A stretch of 63,073 nucleotides of DNA, counting the filler, from Reclinomonas americana ATCC 50394 (lineage: Eukaryota), in the NCBI GenBank assembly GCA_048213135.1. It is 5 parts of 3 records of this genome, joined end to end, with 100 filler letters (N's around TTAATTAATTAA, not from the genome) between each part and the next. Parts side by side here need not be neighbours in the genome. Positions count along the whole stretch, not along the records: positions 57,341 to 61,502 come from PS015421.1; positions 61,603 to 63,073 come from PS015424.1; 3 more parts are not named here. One strand, written 5' to 3'. Positions 57,427 through 63,073 of this stretch are shown one piece after another; position 1 is the stretch's first letter; every line of letters starts with the position of its first letter. Made by a program: the position numbers and the translations under genes. A model generated the notes under the pieces. That model was not told where the DNA came from and made no database searches. It saw only the letters and a program-made list of their open reading frames with translations.

Positions 57427-60400
57427 TGGTCGTCGCTGCTGTTCAGCAGTGTGTGTACGCCTTTTCGCTGTCGTCGGGGAAGCTGCAGTGGGATGCGTGT
57501 GTCACGGAAGACAGCAGAACGTTGCGTCCTTGCGCGTATTTTCCGTGTTTCATGGTGGCGACTCATATGCGCGGTGCGGTGCAGTGAGCTGTCGTCGTCG
57601 TCGTCGTCGTCACTGGTCGTACAGGGCAAGTTTGTGGTGCTGTTGACTGGCTCGACTGTGCGAGCGTACGGGATGAAGCGCGGCGAGGTGGCTTGGACGT
57701 GGAACAGTTCAGAGTTGTGTGTGGATGCAGTCGTCTTTCCTTGGTGATGCATTCCGCCGACTGTGAATCGATTCGCAGACCCAGCGCGGTACCAGTGGCT
57801 CTGTCGACCGCCAGCGCGTCGTCGACGGAGGTGCAGGTCATCACTCTGTTGACGTTGCGTTCGTCGGCCGGTCCTGGCAGCAACGCGTGGTCGTTTGTGG
57901 CGGCCGGCATCAAGGTGCGCGCCTTTTATAATGACCGCCCTTCCAGCGTCAGCATCTTGATTCACTCGCTGCTGCTGCTGCTTCTGCTCTCACGCAGGTT
58001 GTCAACCTGACGGTGGCCACGGGCGCCGAGCGCGTGTCGTCCACCCAGCACTTTTCTCGTGACTTGCGCGTGTCGTCGACGAGCATGGCCGTCACCGATC
58101 GTGGTCTGATTGCCGTGCTCGACACGACCACTGGCACGCTGCTGTGGCATGACGCCAGGTCTGAGTTGCCAGACGTTGCTGGCGGAGTACGTGTAACACG
58201 CACACACTCACTCACTGTCTTCTCACTCGCCAGCGACGACACCGAGCTGCATTCGGTGACGCTGCAGGTGAGTTGTCATGATTGTGCCCCCTCCCCGCAA
58301 ATACTGACATTGTCGCAAAGAAACTCGGCGTCAAGGATCGTGACTCGGTGGTGACGGCGCTGGGCGCCAACGCATTTGGTGTGTCGTCCGATGCGACTCG
58401 TGTGCTGGTGTTGCGCGCCGACGGCAAGAAGAAGGAGCTGACGGTGGCCAAGGATATTAAGGTAACTCTGTCCCCCTGATTTTTTGTACGTCACACCCTC
58501 ATGGTTGTGTGTTTTGGCCACAGTCACCGGCCGGTGTCAAGTGCACTCCGTTCGCCGAGTTCTTCAGCTGCGGCTCGGTGAGCGCCAGTGGCGAAGTGCA
58601 AGTGCAGGTGTTTGACTCGCAGACTACGGCGGAGTTGGCGACTGAGAAGGTGGTGGTCTCCGCACTGGCTTCCCAACAACAGCAGGGCGCAGTTCTCCGC
58701 AAGGTCCTCCTTTTCTCCCCCCCCCCCCCCTCACATCTCTTGTTCCCTCTCATGTGGGTGTTTTCGCAGACCTTCCCCTGTCCGTTCAAGAGCGCGCCTG
58801 ACTACTCGTTCCGCACGTTGGTGGTGCTCGACGACGGCCGCACGCTGGCGGCGCAGGGCGGCGAGGTGGGCAACTGCCATTGCCGTTGTTTGCACCCACG
58901 CTTTTTCTCACTCGTTTACCGGAAACAGCTGCTGTGGTTGCACGAGGAGGCGCTGGCGAACTCAGTGTCGGCGCACGTGGTGAACGCCGGCAACGTGGCG
59001 GATGGTGAGCGTCTCGCAGGCACGAACGTCTTTCCGGATTATCATGATCTGCTTACTGGTAATTATTTGAATACAGAGTATGAGAGTAGCCAGTCGCTGG
59101 GATTCTTCTCGCGTCTGGTGGATCAAGTGGCGTTCTTGCAGGTCCGCTGTGCTGTTCTACAATTCGTGTCGCAATATGATGATGGCTCATCGATGTGTGT
59201 GGGGGGATGCAACACAGCGTCTCGCTTCAAGTCTCGTGGCGTACGAGTCCATCACCGCCATGAACGAGCAGGTGGCGACGCGCTTTGGTTTCCGCCGCCT
59301 GGTGGTGGTCGCTACGGCATACGGCCGCGTGGCAGCGCTGGATACGCTGCACAAGGGCGAGATCACGTGGGCGGTGTCGCTGACGCGCGGTGTTTCAGAT
59401 GTTGCGACGCCTGTGCTTCTGTTGTTGTTGTGCACATTTATCTGTGATTTGCTGAATGCGTGGTGCGATGCAGGATCTGGAAATTCGATCCGTGTTTGTG
59501 ACTGAAGAGGGTCATCACCGCGCGCCTGTCTTGGCTGTTGTGCTCGTCCGTCGTAGCGACGTTTCGTGTTATTTTCTGTCGGTGTATTTGGTCGATTTGT
59601 TGGCGCCTGCTAAAAAACACATCCATCACGCCGTGCAGGATACTGTCGATTCGGTGGTCTGGTTGCACGGTGGCACTGGCGAGGTATTGGAACGGCAGAC
59701 AGCCATCAACGCCAAGCCTATTCGCATGTTCCTCTCCGACAGTCACACGTCGTGCGGCACCAACCGTCTGGGGCGTGCACTGATTCTCGTGTCGGAGGCG
59801 CTCAAGGTGCGTGCACATGTTGCTCGTCTGCGTGTTTGTGCGGAGTTCGTGTGCACTGATTTCTGCGCAACAGGTATCGGTGCTGCCCGAGGAGTGTGTC
59901 AGCGCGGTGCTGTCCTCCTCCGCCGGTGTGCCCGTGTTCTTTGACCACATGGACAAGACGACTGGCACGGTTACTGGGTACAAGGTGGCCGACGGCAAGG
60001 TGTGTTTTGTTGGGTGGGGGTGTTGCTGTCGGTGTTGCTGATGGATTGATATTACACCGCGCAGGCCACGTCGGTATGGAGCATGGTGTTGGAGGGTGGT
60101 GGAGTTCATGTTGCCGCCATCACGTCGACAGTGTACTCGTCGCCGGTGCCGTTTGCGAATTATCGCGCGCCGAGTCGTCCCACTCGTCGCAAGTACCTGA
60201 ATCCGCACGCGCGTGCCGTCGCTCTGGAGACCCCTGGTGCGTCGTTCGCGTGCATGCATGCATGCTCTCACGTACATTTTACCCACGTGCGCTGTGTGCA
60301 CAACAGGAGCCGAGGGCAGCACCTCGGTTAAGATCCTGGTGTTTGACGGACTCACTGGCACGGTGGTGTACTCGGTGACGCAGCCGAACGCGCGTGGTCC

Positions 60401-61395
60401 AGTGCACCTGTACATGGTGAGTGGCACACGCTGGCCAAGTGTGAATGCAAGTCCCTTTGACTGTGAAGTCACTTGTTTGTGTCGCAGCGTGAGAACTGGC
60501 TGACCTATCACTTGTGGAGCACCAAGGCCAATCGTTACGAAATGGCCGTGGTCGAGCTCTTCTCCGAAGTGCCGTTGCGTGCGGGCACAGTATCTTTCTC
60601 CGCCTTCTCTGCGTCAACACTCTCACGTACCTCGCAGCGCCGATCACTCGGACGTGACGTTCAACGCCTTTGATGCTCCCCGCGTGACAGCCGTCTCACA
60701 ATCATTCATCTATCCGCACGGCATCCGCACGTTGTCGTCAACTTCCACCCGCCTCGGTGTCGCGCCAACTCGCCTGTTGGGTTCGTCGTGATTGCGCTGC
60801 GTGTCCTCCCATCGTGTTGTTGTTGACGTGGGGGAGGGGCGAAAAAACACAGTCGGCCTGGCGTCGGGACAGGTGCACTCGCTGCCGCGGCAGTACCTGG
60901 ATGCCAATCGCGAGTTTGCCGACCAGCCGAATCCCGCCGCACCGCCAGCTCCTGGCACGCCGTACCCGTACTACCCGGTGTTGCCAGTGGACGACTTGAA
61001 TGTGATCTCGCATGATCGTATCGTGCGTCCACCACTGTGCATCGACGAGTTGTCGTCGACTACAACTGACGGTGACTGCACACACGCACAGATTCCGAGG
61101 CTGCGCGACATTGTCTCCGCACCGGCCGTCGCCGAGTCGACGAGTCACGTGGTCGCCCGTGGCATTGATTTGTTCTACACGCGCACCTTCCCGGCACAGT
61201 TGCGCAGTGCTGCATGTGAGATGCAGCTGTGGTGAGAGCTGACAGTCGTCGCCGCCCTGCAGAGAGTTCGACATGATTACGGAGAATTTCAACTTCAAGC
61301 TGCTGGCGGGTGTTCTTGGCGCTCTCACTGCGGTCACGCTGCTCCTCCGATGGCTGTCGCGGCGCAAGGAGTTGTCCAATCTGTGGTCGAACTGA
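57427..61395 (+). CDS. EMC1: ER membrane protein complex subunit 1 (5' partial), multi-exon
   Basis: LLWLHEEALA, FGFRRLVVVATAYGRVAALDT, KYLNPH, FDGLTGTVVYS, ENWLTYHLW, QSFIYP...TSTRLGVAPTRLL, AESTSHVVARGIDLFYTR, FDMITENFNF plus a TM helix, ending LSNLWSN-TGA. Confidence 0.93.
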
Positions 61396-61502
61396 CAGTA
61401 GTAGTGTACGCACCCCGTAGATGTTCCGCAAACAGTGTGTTATTTAATTCTCTTTGTTTTCTTGTTCTATTTTATGGCGACGACATGCCAGACGCCTTAG
61501 GA

Positions 61503-61602
61503 NNNNNNNNNNNNNNNNNNNNNNNNNNNNNNNNNNNNNNNNNNNNTTAATTAATTAANNNNNNNNNNNNNNNNNNNNNNNNNNNNNNNNNNNNNNNNNN
61601 NN
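61503..61602. other. Artificial contig spacer
   Basis: N44-TTAATTAATTAA-N44. Confidence 0.97.
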
Positions 61603-61714
61603 GATCACACAAAGCGATCAGAGACAATCACCAAACACCGATCCTCTCACACTCTCCCCCACAGACAACTGCCATTATCCCCCGCCTTCGTGATCCACTC
61701 CATCGACCCACTCA

Positions 61715-62005
61715 CCGCACAGACGCCGGCGAGTTAGATCGCGACGCATACCGCGACGACGACGATGACGAAGACAACGTTCGACGTCCTCCTCCATTGC
61801 TTCCCGCCGGTATCGATGACGGCTGCGAGGGACCAGGTGCTCGCGGAAGCGGATAATGCGCAGTGGTTGATGTTGGTTGCTGTTGCTGCTGTGGTTGTTG
61901 TTGTTGATGAGTGTGTGAGTTGGATCGCAGATTGCTCTGAATGCTCTCAATCAGCGCGCTCAGGCCGCTGTGGTGAGCGGCATGGTTGCCACTGCGACTG
62001 TCCAT
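61715..62005 (-). CDS. Probable first exon of a hypothetical low-complexity (Q/S/P-rich) protein; rest lost at spacer
   Basis: ATG at 62005 opens MDSRSGNHAAHHSGLSALIESIQSNLRSNSHTHQQQQPQQQQQ...NSPASVR, followed by a GTGAGT donor. Confidence 0.45.
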
Positions 62006-62253
62006 GTATGTGCACGCGCACGCACGCACGAGGTCTTGTTGCGTGAGGGTTGTGTTTTTTTCTCTCGCGCGCGCGATCAAAATAACGGTCCCATTTCGTG
62101 TCCTGTGGGTTTTTTCGAGAGTGGTGCGTGTGTCGATGGAAGTGGTGGAGTGCGTGCGTGTAGGAGGAGTGAGAAAGAGAGTGGGTAGAATGAGCGCGCA
62201 AAGAAAACCCCGCTGCGGGAGGTGCAAACGTGGACGTCGATGATTAGAATCTG

Positions 62254-62831
62254 ATGGCACAAGAGGCAGCCGGTTGTGCTGCTGCGAAGGCATACACAGT
62301 GATCTCCACTCCTCGTTCCTCGAGGGCACGGTGGTACTGCACAGCGCGGCTCGATGAATTCAAAGGTGTACACTTGCGACGTCGAGCTCAAAATCGCGCT
62401 CCCGACCACCAGACCGCTCGATCGTTGAAGCGCACGAGGGCATCCGATGTGCAGTACTGTCATCCTCAGTTCTGCAGGTGCGAAAAGCCATGTGGGTCGC
62501 GATCTCGGAGGATACAGACAACGTCGACATTGATATTGTCTCCTTTTCACAGCGCAGTCACAGCAGCAACGAGGCGCATTCAGCACGAACGTACAAGGAA
62601 GAGCAGTACGCAGCTTGTCTCGCAGCTGTGGTGGACAACACAGAGCAACACACGCGTGTCCTGCGACTCAACACTCACTCTTTCAAACATCAGAGGAGAA
62701 TGGGCGATCGCTCTCTCCTCTACTTTGAGGGCAGGTGCACTCTGTGTAATAGACAGTTATCTCTCCCCTCCCTCTCACTCTCTCTTGTTTGCGCAGTTAC
62801 AACACATCGTTTGGTTACAAGGACGAGGCGG
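62254..62831 (+). CDS. Possible 5' exons of a hypothetical protein running off the window
   Basis: Three phase-compatible exons with GT-AG introns (...HPQFC|SHSSNEAHSARTYKEEQY...LLYFEG|SYNTSFGYKDEA). No recognisable motif. Confidence 0.35.
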
Positions 62832-62905
62832 GTGTGTCATTGTGCGATGGAGAGACGGATTTGTATGATGGATTGCAGGCATTGCGATTGACTGTTGAGT
62901 GAGAG

Positions 62906-63001
62906 GATGTGTGTGTGTGAGAGAGAGAGGGGGAGAGAGAGGGGAGTGTGAGGAATGCATTGTCAGAGTTGTCCGCTGGAGAGTAGAGAGAGAGAAAGAA
63001 A

Positions 63002-63051
<50 letters not shown>

Positions 63052-63073
63052 GGAGGAGGAGAGAGTAGAGGAG
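62906..63073. repeat. (GT)n/(GA)n microsatellite tract
   Basis: Visible dinucleotide runs to the end of the window. Confidence 0.9.

Noticed and set aside
1..63073. CRISPR arrays, rRNA, tRNA or prokaryotic defence operons
   Set aside because: I saw no regularly spaced repeat-spacer units or structured RNA signatures. The window is intron-rich eukaryotic DNA.

Overview
This is a gene-dense, GC-rich eukaryotic window, probably from a flagellated protist, since it carries DNAAF1-, ARMH1- and WDR62/MAPKBP1-like genes. Genes have many short GT-AG introns rich in (GA)n/(CA)n microsatellites. The sequence is a draft assembly with 13 plain N-gaps and four 100-nt N44-TTAATTAATTAA-N44 spacers. I reconstructed spliced genes by eye, so exon boundaries are approximate and family calls rest on recalled motifs, not database searches. 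In order, the genes are: a BTB/POZ 5' fragment, TSR1, KTI12, a galactose-binding-like protein ending in AKL, a coiled-coil protein, a CDF zinc transporter (partial), EXO70 (partial), APC4, PHAF1/C16orf70, four tandem signal-peptide-bearing atypical kinase genes, a Fot1/pogo-like DD35D DNA transposon, a WDR62/MAPKBP1-like gene, ARMH1 (two middle exons on the opposite strand), a mitochondrial PEBP protein, DNAAF1, a GLEBS-like orphan, a TMEM65-like gene, an LYR protein, a hypothetical protein, EMC1 (partial) and two partial unknowns. The best candidate for an undescribed system is the array of secreted kinase-like genes at 20675-30635, with a hypervariable Cys-bounded loop, a possible PH-like C-terminal domain and signs of unequal crossover and gene conversion. 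Other notable observations are N-gaps whose flanks join in frame at zero length, very tight same-strand gene spacing, and a fold-back intron in KTI12.
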